In this document: positions 1 to 17,682 of the stretch, piece by piece
Numbering within the stretch: position 1 is the stretch's first letter
Layout of the letters: every line of letters starts with the position of its first letter
Assembly: GCA_045837725.1 (NCBI GenBank)
Contig: JBEWZL010000011.1
Coordinates: forward strand, 372,001 to 436,000
Reading direction: 5' to 3'
DNA length: 64,000 nucleotides
Source of the DNA: Vermamoeba vermiformis
Taxonomy: Eukaryota
The notes under the pieces: model-generated
Told to the model about the DNA's origin: nothing
Seen by the model: only the letters and a program-made list of their open reading frames with translations
The model's database searches: none
Translations under genes and position numbers: made by a program

Positions 1-780
1 CTTTAACGTGCAACAATTCAGGTATTTAAATCGTTGGTTTCAATTTTTGTCGCTGATCAATATTTTTTGTAGTTGCCGATGATAAGAAGATCCACTGGAC
101 AAGGTTGACTCGTTCGTATTCTGTTTTCTATTTCAACGGCACCATCCGCTGCCATTATTCTGCTCCTGTTAAGCCTCCTCCAGTATTCAAACCCCACTTG
201 ACCCTTAATTACTTTGGTACCGGCCCCTACTGCTCCTCGTCATCAGTCTACAGGGTCATTGTTAATCACACAGATTCTTGCACACCTGGCTGCCAAAAGA
301 TTGGAGACTCGTACGTAAAGACTGAATGCGACACTGAGCCGATCTTGCCACCTGGTGATAATTGGATCGCAGAAATTAACAATGGAAACATCTACTCGTG
401 CAACAAGTACGTATAAACTACAAACAGTAACTCTTACGGATGACTTAACGAGATCTGAATCTGGATTTGTTTTCTGGATTTGGGTCAATTAAATTAATTA
501 ATTGCCTGATGCAGATTACGTACTTGCTAAATTATACGCATATATCTAATAGTATTGTTTTAGTCCCGTATCTGTGAAGTACACCAAGCAAAACTACTGT
601 GACGGTGCATACAAGATGTATGAAACATGCGACGCGGACACGGTGTATTGGCACAAATGCAACACTGCTACTTGCAACCAATGCTCGTTGTACACTAAGG
701 CCGCTACGAACTATTGCATGTACGGTTATAATTATCAGTGCATCAAAGCCAATTCTACCGTTGCCATACCTTTTATGTAA
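1..780 (+). CDS. 3' part of a secreted Cys-rich protein (end of MRH-like domain plus Cys-rich C-terminal module); 5' end lies outside the window
   Basis: Spliced exons give ...TLTCNNS/VADDKKIHWT...HLTLNYFGTGPYCSSSSVY...CTPGCQKIG...SCNK/PVSVKYTKQNYCDG...CIKANSTVAIPFM*. Clear paralog of 35320-36946 with matching intron positions. Confidence 0.8.
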
Positions 781-1084
781 TGCGACAAACAGGCTACATA
801 ATTACTCGTGCTTAACTTTTGCTTTCCACGGGTCTTATTCTAAATAACAAAGTCTCTGATATCAAATAAAGTCGATCATGACCAAAAAAAGTACGTTCGA
901 TCCACGTTAAAATTACCAAATAATTTCAAAAATCTATCGTTGATACGCTCTAGGCTCACTCGCCTTATGTTTATTCCTGGATGTGTTCTTTTTTTTGGAC
1001 TTCAGCGAAATTTCCAATGGACGATTCCTAATTACCCGCAAAGTATTCCTAGTTTATTATAGAAATACGACTTATTACTACAAC

Positions 1085-2304
1085 TTATTTTGTGAACTTT
1101 TTTCGCAGGAAAAATGCACCGATACAAATCGCACCAATTGCTGCCACCGCGCCAACGATCAATGAAGTATTAGTACTCTTAGTCGCCAATGATTTGGTGC
1201 TTGAATGGCGGCCATAGTTCTTATTTTCAAGCATGCGCTCGATATTCTTCCGCACTCTTTGCTTCAATTTATCGGTGTCGCCATTCGTGGAAATTTCGAC
1301 GCCGTAAATAACTCGTAACGGCGAAATAACGGCAGCTTCAAACGACACCGTTTCATCATCGAACTCAAGATCTAATATACTTAATAAATCTTGCAAGTAA
1401 TCATGCTTCATCTCGTCGGTGATGAGTTTCTCGTTCTGTTTGAAAACTTCTTGGACGTAGTCTTTGACCAATGAAAAGTCGTTCGGGGAAATCTTGAGCT
1501 TGTAAATGCCATAAAAAACAACGTCGCGTGGTCTGTCGTCAACCCCATTGATAACATTATGCGCTAGTACTTGTATCTCTATCTTTCTGAGGTATTCGGA
1601 GTGAGGTTTGTCCATGAAAAAGAGCGGATCCGATGCACTTTTTTGAAAGAGATCTTCAATCAAAGCCTTGTATCCATCATTCAGGCGCTTGTTTTCTCCG
1701 AAAATCGCCTGTTTAATCCTTTTGTTAAATAACGAAGTAAAATTTCATCGATTTAACGCACCTTCATCTGTTTGAATTCGTCCGCCTTAACTTGAGCCAA
1801 ATACTTGCATCTTTGCGCAATAACGGAGGTCTTAACTAAAATTCTTCTAAAGTACAGTCTGTGCATTACAATAATGTTAATAAAGCAACGGACAATGGGC
1901 CGTTAATTGTTAACTTACACAGTCGCCACCATAGCCTGAAATATCTCGTGTAGTAGCTCGCCGTTCGTAGATACAATTGACATTGAAAATTGCTTTGTCC
2001 AATGGTCCAAGCCGCCAGGTCGATCACGTCCTTAATTTAAATTTAATAAAAAATTCTCGGAAAAATTAATAATTTCTGCGTACCAAACTCAACTGCTGCC
2101 AGTAGATAAAGAGCCCAACTGCTCACATTCGACTGCAAATGCAATTACGTAATTAATTACTTACGTTGGTATCGTTTTAATTGTTTTTTAAAGACCGCAA
2201 CTTACGTAATCAAAAGCCATCGCTGTAATATCTTCGACAAATTCAAACATGAAGTAAAGCAGAATGTCGCCAAAGGACTCCATTGTTTTGTTCAAAACAG
2301 CCAT
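1085..2304 (-). CDS. Hypothetical multi-exon protein with C-terminal transmembrane helix (tail-anchored type)
   Basis: Long terminal exon ends SLIVGAVAAIGAICIGAFFLRKKFTK*. Upstream short exons with GT-AG sites run back to an ATG at 2304 (or 2283). Confidence 0.65.
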
Positions 2305-2512
2305 GCACCTTTCTTGCCACGGTCTCGAATTCAAGCTCTAACATTGATTAATTTGATATAATTGATATTGCTACTGTGCGACGCATTCAAATTCGTAGGA
2401 TTTTTTCGGGAAACAATAAAAATGTCAACACTCATCACGTGACCAATGTTTCAGCTCCACGTGGGACTTTCCTAATAAGGCATATCCGAGCCATCCCTAA
2501 CAGCCATAGTTT

Positions 2513-4372
2513 TCAAATGGGATTTATATAGATGCGATGCCGGGAGAGTGCGCAATAGTTTTCGCAAAAAATCGAGTAGTATAATTTGAATTCGCGCCAA
2601 ACAGTATTTGTAAATAATATTACCTCATCAAGTTCAAAGCCTCGGCTCATGCCTTCGATCATATCTATAGCCGATTTGCTTTGTTTCGTGCTGCATTTTT
2701 GCAAAGTTAGAAATTTTCGTGCATTGGATTGATAGTACGAAATACAATACTCACTTCATATTACATAATCTTTCCGAGGAATTTAAAACAATGCGCATCA
2801 TATCCCATTGGATCAATATATTTTGTTGGTTCTCGCTGGCATTGGCGTACTTGCTTTTCGGCGGTATTCTGCCGTAAAGAAGCAAGTACAAAAAATCCGG
2901 CAAACGGACCTTGAAAGGGGGAATGTTGCGGTCACTATAGCAGGGACTGAGGTTATCCTCGATATTGTCGATTTTACTCAACTCAAACGCTGATAAGAGA
3001 TGCTCCACCACTATAAATAAAAAATCAACCAATATCTATCTATTTCTAGTGTTTGCTAAAATTGGGGCAAAGTTAAAAATTTTAACCGTGAAAAAATTGG
3101 TGTCAAAATGACGCGTGTCAAAAAATGACACGTGTCACTGACCTGTCATTTATCAACACATGCAACCACCGTCAGAAAAACACTTACCGACATTTGAATA
3201 GAGATCTAATGGTGTTTGAGCATGCTGTTGTTGGTACTTCAACAGATCGAACACGAACGGATGTGAGCCGAGGTTCACTTTCACTTCATGATTATGCAGT
3301 GAAACTGTTGCATGTAAGTTTTCGAGCTCCAGCAAACGATCGTCATTGAAGTTTTTGCTTGTTTCGTAGATCAAATTTCCATTTTTGGTAAAGAACACCG
3401 ATTGTTTCGCAAAGTTGATGCCAAACCCCACTATGAGAGTATATTATTATGTAAATTTAATACACTACCAGAAAAATCATTATTTTTATACATACCAACA
3501 TCGTTGCTATGAAAAGCAAACTCTTCCGGCTCCTCTTTGAGCGTCAGATCGCACTCCAAATAGATCCCGCCATCACTCGAATATCCGTAGGATGAAAGGC
3601 TATTACCTACGTATCCGATGAACCCTTCAATTGCACCTCCAATAACTAAATCGAAATCGGCGCTGGGCGACAACAACGAATCCAGTTAATTTTTTAAAAT
3701 TTCAATCTTATTCAACGAGGGCTTACCTAGTACCAACATCGATGACTTCTACTTCAAAATAAGCCGTTTTGAAATTTCCGATTGGTAGTGGATACATCTT
3801 AATCTGGCTTTGAAGACTCTGGTAACGGATCCAGATGTGAGTGGCGAGAAAAGAAAATGAAAATGAGCTAGAACTTACGCAATAGACGCCTTCGATGTCT
3901 TCATTGGTGGCACCACTGACCTTGAAATGATATTTAGAGATGGTTTGTAGCTTAGGAAGGCTCTCTTTGGAACTGTTGGGGCGAATCTGACCGTTTCTGA
4001 TGCTGGTGTTGAAAAATGATGCAATTTTAAATTCTTTCTTCCAATCGATGGCGTTTGTAATTATAACTTCATTCGTATGTGGTAACGCTGATGATGCAAT
4101 TAAAAAAAATAATAAATAATTAAAATAAAATATTTTGGCCATTCTGAAACGTCTTTCAACCGATTAATATTAAAATACGCACCACCAGCACTCCAATGAA
4201 ATATTTTTCTGGTTAGCTGCTCCCAAAGTCCATGGCTCGTGTCAAACAGTTTCAGATGAGCTGAACTCACCGAATAGAAATTGATTGCCGATGACGTAGG
4301 TAATAGCGAAAGCAAATCAACCAATACTTCGCGAGGTATGGTCGTAAAGATCAAGTCTTGTGTTGCGTCCAT
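2513..4372 (-). CDS. F-box plus SPRY/B30.2 domain protein (multi-exon)
   Basis: N-terminal FTTIPREVLVDLLSLL...FYSVS...LWEQL is F-box-like. YFEVEVID, IGYVGNSLSSYGYSSDG, GFGINFAKQSVFFTKNG and VKVNLGSHPFVFD are SPRY hallmarks. ORF pieces join at GT-AG introns. Confidence 0.8.
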
Positions 4373-4708
4373 CACTGAAAAGGTGAAAAGAAGCGGTTCG
4401 AATTTCAGCCGAGATAAGGGTAATTTCCTTGACAAAAAACGCGGTCCTTCTTTTTCAATTCCAACGCAAGCGTTGCGCTGTTACAATTTGCCGTCATTAG
4501 TTTTTGCCTCCGTTTCAAGAATTATGAACAAAGATCCAGGATCAAATCCACAACATCCGTAAAGGTGGCATTACTTTGTAACGATTTTACGATGTATATG
4601 GACACCATATTAATATGAAGTATTAATGAGGTTTACTTAATCGCGTGAGGCTTGGAGGATCAAGCAAAAAAATTGCGTGTTTTTATTATTATTAGTTATT
4701 ATGAAAAT

Positions 4709-10473
<5,765 letters not shown>

Positions 10474-10948
10474 TAGGGAGGCTCTTTAATTGTTGTAAGT
10501 AATAAATTAGGTTCCACGATCGTAGAAAACATTTACTGCTCACGCGAGTGAACGATAATTAATTCACTCGTTGATTTATAAATAATACAGAAAGTGTGTG
10601 CGCAATAGTATTTTGTAACAACGCAAAGGAAAGTCGAAAAGTCTCCTGATAAAAACGAGCAATTTTTGGTTGAAAATTCAAAAGGCGCCAAAACTTGTTT
10701 ATCTGCCTTGAACGAACACTATTCAAAGTTATTTAATATGGTACTTGATATTTATTTATGGCAAAAATAGAAAGGCCTAATTTAGGCTCGAAATTCAGAA
10801 GCGCACTGCTTTCAAGATCTTTTATTTGAAAATGCGTGTTTATTTATTTGAAAGTGCGCCAACATAAAACCAGACGAGGTTCGACCAGCAATTTTTCTAG
10901 CATAAAGTGCAACAACGAGCTAGCTAATAGCAAATCCGAAGGACTCTA

Positions 10949-13900
10949 ATGGCCAGATACGGTTTAGTCAACCTTGAAAATGAATTATTATGCCCACTGC
11001 AATCTGTTAATGTATCATCCACTTTTGTAGACAGATTTGGTAAGCACTTTACATGCATCAAACGCCTCTTGTTCGTAACCTAATATTTTTCATTAGGATC
11101 CGCTGTAGTGACCCAAGTCTTCCAAAATAATAGTGATGATCCTATAGAAGCAGTATTTACGTTTCCAAAAGACGATCAAGCAGCAATAACAGGATTCAAA
11201 GTGAAAATAAATGACAAAACACTGATTGGTCAAATCGAAGCCAGCGATGAAGCACAAGAGAAATACAGTGATGCAATTGCGGAAGGCAAAGGTGCATATT
11301 TGCTCTCGCAAAAACGACCAGACATCATCTCTCTGTATATCGGTAAGTTTAACATCTTAAATTTTTTGATCGGATCTAACGAACAAATTTAAATTTGTTT
11401 AGGCAGCCTTTTACCGAACCAAAAAGTAACAATTGAGCTCAAGTACGTAATTGAAGCGCAATGGGAAGGAGATTCGTTAAGAATAACATTCCCAACGACC
11501 ATTGCACCTCGTTACACGCCTCAACAATTTCAACAAGACGAAGATCATAAATTAAATCCAGCTTATCATTCAAATGATAATACGCTGCCATATGACTTCA
11601 CATTCGAATCGTCAGTGCAATTAACGCTTGATACAATTTCATCGTTTGAATCTCCGACACACGAGTTCGATCTGACTTTATCGGGAGATCGAAAAGAGAT
11701 TAAAGTCGAAGCAAAGTTATATAACGGAGATAATTTGGCGAATAGAGACGTAGTTCTTATTGTCCATTCACATGAACGACAACAACGCAAAACACCAGTC
11801 ATGCTTGATGAAATTGACAAAAATGGGCATCACGCGCTGTACATCTCATTTATTCCAAAAATAGTAACGCAAGCTACAACACTGCCTCGAAGTCAATACG
11901 AGATTATCTTCTTAGTTGACAGGTAACACTTCGTTTGACACGTGTCATTCTGAAACTAATTCTTTTTTGATCAATAGAAGCGGAAGCATGTCCGGCGCAC
12001 CAATGGAAAACTGCAAGGCTGCGTTGTTACTCTTCTTACGGTCCTTGCCGAGCGACTCGTTCTTCAATATTGTCAGCTTCGGTACAAATCATGTCTCACT
12101 GTACAAAACACCTCAAGCTTACGACGATGCGTCGTTGGACTACGCTTCAAAGCAGGTGCAAAAATTTGGTGCCGATTTAGGTAAAGCAAATGAAATTTCG
12201 CTACATTTGATGCTGACGAACGATAGGTGGAACTGAACTATTTGCCCCGCTGAAACATATTTTAAGCGCTTCAAAACAAAAGAACAGAAAAAGAGTTGTG
12301 TTTGTCTTAACGGACGGCGAAGTTTCGAACTCTGGTCAAGTGATAGACCTGGTTCGTTCTCACGCCGCAACAACGTCAGTTTACACATTCGGCCTTGGAA
12401 ACAATGTCAGTAGGAACCTCGTTAATGGCATGGCCCAGGCTGGCAATGGTTACGCTGAATATGCCGCAAGCAACGAACGACTTCAACCTAAGATCATTCG
12501 ACAGGTAAAAATGTCATTTTATGACACTTTGACACTTTGACACGTGTCAACAGAATCTGCTCAAATCGTATGTTCTAACTTAGTTTTGCAGCTGAAAAGC
12601 GCCTTAAACTCATTTTCCGTGAAAGTTAATTGGAAATCAAAAGCCGTCAAAATGTTCCCGAACAACGTAATGCCAACAAACGAAGACGAGCCAGTTCACT
12701 TTATGGCCTTTATCGAAGATAACAATTACCTAAATAGGTAAGTGCAGCATTTAATAATCAATAACCTTTGAAAGTTTTTTAATAATTTTTTTAGCGTGAA
12801 GGAAATCGAACTGTTGTTGGAGGCTGACGGAAAGGCGTTTAAAACGGCAGTTCCGTTAAGTTCCGTAACGCAAATCCAAGGTGAAAAAATTCATCAGCTG
12901 TTCGTGAAGCACAAGGCTGATTCGTTAGAACGGGCTGCGCGACCAGAGAAGAAAAAGAAAATTCAAGAATTGTGCAAGAAGTATCGCGTGTTGTCGAATT
13001 TGACAAGTTTTTTGGTCGTAGAACGAAGAAATATTGCGACCGAAAAAACACCAAAACTAGTTGATGTGCCATTAGCCAAGCCTCAATTGAAAACTCAACC
13101 AACATCGCACCTCGGAAAAGCCAATTTTGTCGGCAACCATTCGTTCTGTGCATCTTATATCTCCACTATTGGCGTTGACTTCAAGATGACCAGCGTTAAT
13201 TTGGGCTCAGCTGGAACAGCTAAAGCACAAAACTGGGACACTGGTACGTATTTGACACTTGACATTTTGACACGTGTCATTCGGAGCTCGGATCGTCTCA
13301 TTGACACGCCAATTATTACAAATGATTATATACGAAAACATTAACGTAGAGGTTATTAATGTACTTTTTTATAGGTGGTCAAGAACGTTTCCGTTCGATG
13401 TCAACGAGTTATTACCGCGGAGCTAACGCCGTGCTACTCGTGTACAGTATTGACAGAAGCGACTCTTTCAAGCAAATTCAACACTTCTATAATGAAGCTC
13501 TTAACTCGTGTGGTCCCATCACCGTGTTCTTGCTTGTCGGAAACAAGTTGGATCTGCAAGCCCAGCGTCAAGTCTCATTCGACGAAGGCTTGGCTTGGGC
13601 TACACGTTACAACATTCCGTTCTTTGAAGTTAGTGCTAAAGACTTGTCGAATATGGCTGAAATGGTGCAAAGTCTTTACAATAACATGTACATGAAGCAA
13701 TGGGAAGACGGTGCAAGCTCAGTGAACTTTAAAAGTAAGTTCGGAAAAACTCGTTGAATTATTCCGTAGGTCTCTAACGGACTTTCCTTTTTAGGTGTTA
13801 CTGTCGGTGAGTCCGGCGTTGGCAAATCGGTCATTACTGAACGCATGTCTGGATTTTCGATCGATCTTAGCGACCTGGTCGAACGATATCCGCTTAGTAC

Positions 13901-14498
13901 CGGATCTTACAACACTAGTAATACTAATACTGGTTATACTCATACAAGCGCAAATTCGAATTCAAATTCTGGATCCAGCATGTTTGGCAAGCTTTGGAGT
14001 GGATTCACGGGACTTTTCAGTCGAAAAAGTGCCACTCAAACAGTCACAAGCTCAACGCCAGTAACTTCAGCGCCTATCAGAAACGATCAGATTAATAGTA
14101 ACTTTAACAACACTAATCAAAGTGCCGGGTCAACGCTTGGTCAAACAACCAGCAATAATAATAATTACAGCGCAAGTACGACTTCAAAGTTGTCGAGCAA
14201 GTCGATGGATGCAATGTTATTGTTACAAGAAGCCGCTGGCAATTGGAAATTGCATCAACATTTGGCCAAGTTGTTGAACATCGATTGGACTACACTCGAG
14301 TCGGCAAAGCCGAAAGAAATTACCGACGATGCGTGGATGACGTTGGTTTGCGTTGCTTATTTACACAATATTTGCAGCCAGCACAAGTCAGAATGGGAAC
14401 TGATCGTTCAGAAGGCTGAAAATTGGTTGAAAACTGTTGGTGCAAACAGATCTGAATGGAATCAACGTGCAAGACAGTTGATACAACAAAGTGTTTGA
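10949..14498 (+). CDS. VIT + vWA (vWA5A-like) protein with an inserted circularly permuted Rab-like GTPase domain, paralog 1
   Basis: VIT: PLQSVNVSS...VTQVFQNNSDDPIEAVFTFP. vWA MIDAS: D/RSGSM, VLTDGEV. GTPase motifs in order: STIGVDF, WDTG/GQE, NKLD, EVSAK, then FK/SVTVGESGVGKS. vWA5A-like tail: LLQEAAGNW...WELIVQKAENWL. Confidence 0.9.
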
Positions 14499-14584
14499 AA
14501 GTAAACGTGTGGTGTGTTGATTTTCCCAAATAAGGCAATTTTATCGACCACTTCGCCACGTGACATTTTTCTCGGTCGTTGATC

Positions 14585-14667
14585 GCATCGGTGCCCGAGT
14601 TGGTCTAAGGGGTTGGATTAAGGCTCCAATATCTTCGGATGCAAGGGTTCGAATCCCTTCCGATGCA
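14585..14667 (+). tRNA. tRNA-Leu (anticodon AAG)
   Basis: Acceptor stem GCATCGG/CCGATGC-A, anticodon arm TTGGA-TTAAGGC-TCCAA, long variable arm, T-loop GTTCGAATCC, downstream TTTTT Pol III terminator. Confidence 0.95.
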
Positions 14668-15024
14668 ATACCTTTTTGCCTCTTTACGTCTGACTACTTC
14701 TACCTTCCTTTACCGGTCTTTATGCGTCTCCAATCTGTCAAAGTAATTTTTTGTGACGAGAAATCTTTCGGCGTTTTTTCTCGGTTCGCTAAAGTAAAAA
14801 TTGGCACTGCCGTCGTTTATTCACCTCTGAAACCAACAACGTGACAACATGAACCTTATTTAATTAATTATTATTAATATCTGTGCATCACTCGCATTTA
14901 CACCTGACAAGGCATAATAACGTAAGTAAATTTTTTAAAATTAATTAATTAATTTATTCTGCTCGTTTTCGAATATTCTACTGTCTTTGGCTCAGTAAAT
15001 AATAATAATTTTTATTTCAAGACA

Positions 15025-15678
15025 ATGTCAAAAATCGACAATAAAGCAGAATATTATTTTGGAAACAAGCCAGTCATCGAGAAAGGCGCTGATGAGAATG
15101 AATTCGAAGGATCATTCACAGAGTCCGTAGATTTAGAAAAATTGGCGTTAATTCGCGAACAAAACCTGGCTAACTTCTGGGAGCAAATCTGGATCGAGCT
15201 CGCGATGCTCCGTTGCGGAATTGAAGTCAATGATAACTCAGATATTATTACATTGACCGAAGTGTCTCCTATTGCTCGCCAGAGGTACCCTTACGGCGGC
15301 CAACAGCAGATTTGGTCCGAGAACGTAACTGGCGCCAGAAAAAGGGGTTGGGACTGGAGCGGCGATACTGAAATTTATGCTAAGACCTTAAACGGTCCTA
15401 AGAACTTATTTGAAGCAGTAATTTCGTTGATGATCTCCGAATACTCTGGATTCTGGATTTACAGCGACCTTATGACGATCGAACCAGGCGAGCACTCTGC
15501 ATATCAAGATTGGCAAAGCTTTTGGAACGACTCCTGCCACTCATATGAAAATGATTTGCCGGCATGGAAAGGCAGGCCTGAGCGAGATGTGGTCCTGAAA
15601 CAGGATGGCAACACTGGCATTCACTTGGCACAAAAATCAGGTGGAACTTATGTCATTGTATATTTCCTTACTTCTTAG
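15025..15678 (+). CDS. Hypothetical 217-aa acidic, Trp-rich protein with an intronless CDS
   Basis: Uninterrupted ATG-to-TAG ORF flanked by AT-rich sequence; no family recognised. Confidence 0.7.
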   Translation: MSKIDNKAEYYFGNKPVIEKGADENEFEGSFTESVDLEKLALIREQNLANFWEQIWIELAMLRCGIEVNDNSDIITLTEVSPIARQRYPYGGQQQIWSENVTGARKRGWDWSGDTEIYAKTLNGPKNLFEAVISLMISEYSGFWIYSDLMTIEPGEHSAYQDWQSFWNDSCHSYENDLPAWKGRPERDVVLKQDGNTGIHLAQKSGGTYVIVYFLTS

Positions 15679-15822
15679 TTGATAATTTCAAATTGTAAAT
15701 AAACTTCATCGCTTCTAGTTGAACTTTATCAAACGATCGGATCCTATGGTAAAGCGGCGCAACGTCAATTAAGAGCTAAGTATATTTATGAGTCCAATAG
15801 TAAATGCAACTATATTAAGAGC

Positions 15823-16994
15823 TTATTTGCGCAACAGAAGGGACAAAAAGTCGCTGGCGAAAGCGTTGGTGCAGGTCAACTTTGGATTCACCTTGTTGGG
15901 AGGAGCCTGAATAACAGCAACGTTAGTATTTCAATATAAATACTTAAGTGTATATTTTCTTACGTAGATGGAAGGAGAGAAGGGACCAGAAACGGTGTTG
16001 AAGAAGTTGAGTTGGAGATCTCCCAAGTACTCAATACCCTCAACGTCAATTTGGACAATAGTGGTGGTCTTAGTAGAGACCCAAATAGTGACAGGGGCAG
16101 TGTAGCCGAAGACAGCAGCTATTTACAAGAGTTAATAAGATGCTTTTTTTTTGACAGATCAAAACTCGTGTCAGATGGCCAGATCCGTGTCGTTTTCTTA
16201 CCTTCGAACTCCCAGCCAGTGCAAGGTTTACCAGCGACGACCTTGTTGCCGACGAATGAAGCATTGGAAGGCAATTGGAAGGGGAAGAAGATCAAAAGGG
16301 AGGCGGGAACAGAGCCTAAAAGGTACGTGTTCACATTAGTTCACGAACGGCAAAAACTTACGAATGGTAGGTTCACTGGAACTTTCCAAAATATCACAAA
16401 TCGATCATATACTAATGCCTTAAAGCTTAATATGACTTACCAAAGTTCCAGCACAAAGGACCTTCGTACATGTAACCTTGAAACGAGCAAGATTAATTAA
16501 AGATTTGGCAAGTTTCTCAAATTGGATTATGTCTCATACCAGTAGTAGTGCCTTGGCTAGCATCAGGGGAAGCAACGAGGTTGGTGTGGAAAGACAATGG
16601 AACATCTAAATGTCAAGAATGTCAGTCTTCAGCTCGATCGGATTTCGATCTGCACTTACACTCTTCACCACCGACTTCCAAGAAAGAACCAGCGTTGACG
16701 TAATCCAAAGCAAAGAATCCCGAGACAAAGACGGGAGAATCAGTTGGGGAAACGTAGCCAGGCAAAACAACTGTCAAAATCGTGAAATTAATTTCTGGAT
16801 CTGAATCATCGCTTATAATCTAGCCATGCATTAAACTGCACGTTGAACAATTTAAGGACAAATTTATTATTATTATTATTTTTAAACTTACGCGTGAAGT
16901 TGGTGTAGAACTGTTGAGGAAGCTTTGGCGGAGTTTGGCAGAAGGCAGTGCCAACGACGCAGAGAATAGCAGCGATAACGATAATCGATCTCAT
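15823..16994 (-). CDS. Secreted ependymin-related (EPDR/LolA-like) protein, copy A
   Basis: Signal peptide MRSIIVIAAILCVVGTAFC, then PPKLPQQFYTNF, FVGNKVVAGKPCTGWE, VTIWVS and FSPSIYAPP..C. Multi-exon, about 220 aa. Family call is from motif pattern only. Confidence 0.6.
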
Positions 16995-17682
16995 GTTTTA
17001 AGATTTGTGGCGCAGTGCTTATCAATAAACAAATAAAATCAAGAATAAAATCTGTTTTTGTGCTTGCCAAACTCTTCGCAGGAACTTTCTTTATGCACCT
17101 TGTCAGTCCACAAAAGCACTTTTGCGTATTAATTTTACGACCCTTATGCAAGACGAACTACGATTCAAAATATCTCGCCACTAGCCATTAATGTCAAGAT
17201 TATCGGTCTTTCCTCCGAAAATTATGATAATCTTATTATTATTATAATGTAATTATGGTATATATTTATGTAATAAAAAATTATTGCACCCATCAGTAAA
17301 GCGAGGTAGAACCGGAAGATCCAGCACCGAGTTTTCTTTGGCGCCAAGTATGATCACCATCAGCTAAGACGAAGGCTGGATTGACAATATACGTATGCTT
17401 GTGAAGCAAACATGTTCATACGGGATGCCCTTACAGAAGTCTATTCCAATTCAACTGCATCCGGATGATTTAAACCACAGCTTATGGCTTGCTTCGCTCA
17501 AATACTTGAAGCTATTAAAACGACGTACTGCTTAAGAAGCACCGCTTTATGACACATTTGTTACTTCTGGCTTCAGATCGACTGCTGGCCACCGAAATTT
17601 CAAATACACGTCACTTCTGGTCTATTCTATTGCCTTAAATAATCGCGATTTGTTTCTACTACTGCTAATTTGAACATAAACG

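Noticed and set aside
2808-2993. Small membrane-peptide-like ORF on the plus strand
   Set aside because: It starts with TTG and lies antisense to a probable exon of the F-box/SPRY gene.
13359-13757. Stand-alone Rab gene suggested by the ORF track
   Set aside because: It is an internal exon flanked by phase-1 introns that join it in frame to the VIT-vWA gene; there is no upstream P-loop and no C-terminal prenylation Cys motif.
16012-16500. 162-aa plus-strand ORF (and similar 24538-24750 minus-strand ORF)
   Set aside because: Antisense shadows of the ependymin-like genes, whose exon structure is conserved in three copies.
17280-17640. Higher-GC stretch between EPDR-A and VIT-vWA paralog 2
   Set aside because: No ORF of meaningful length, recognisable motif or convincing RNA structure.
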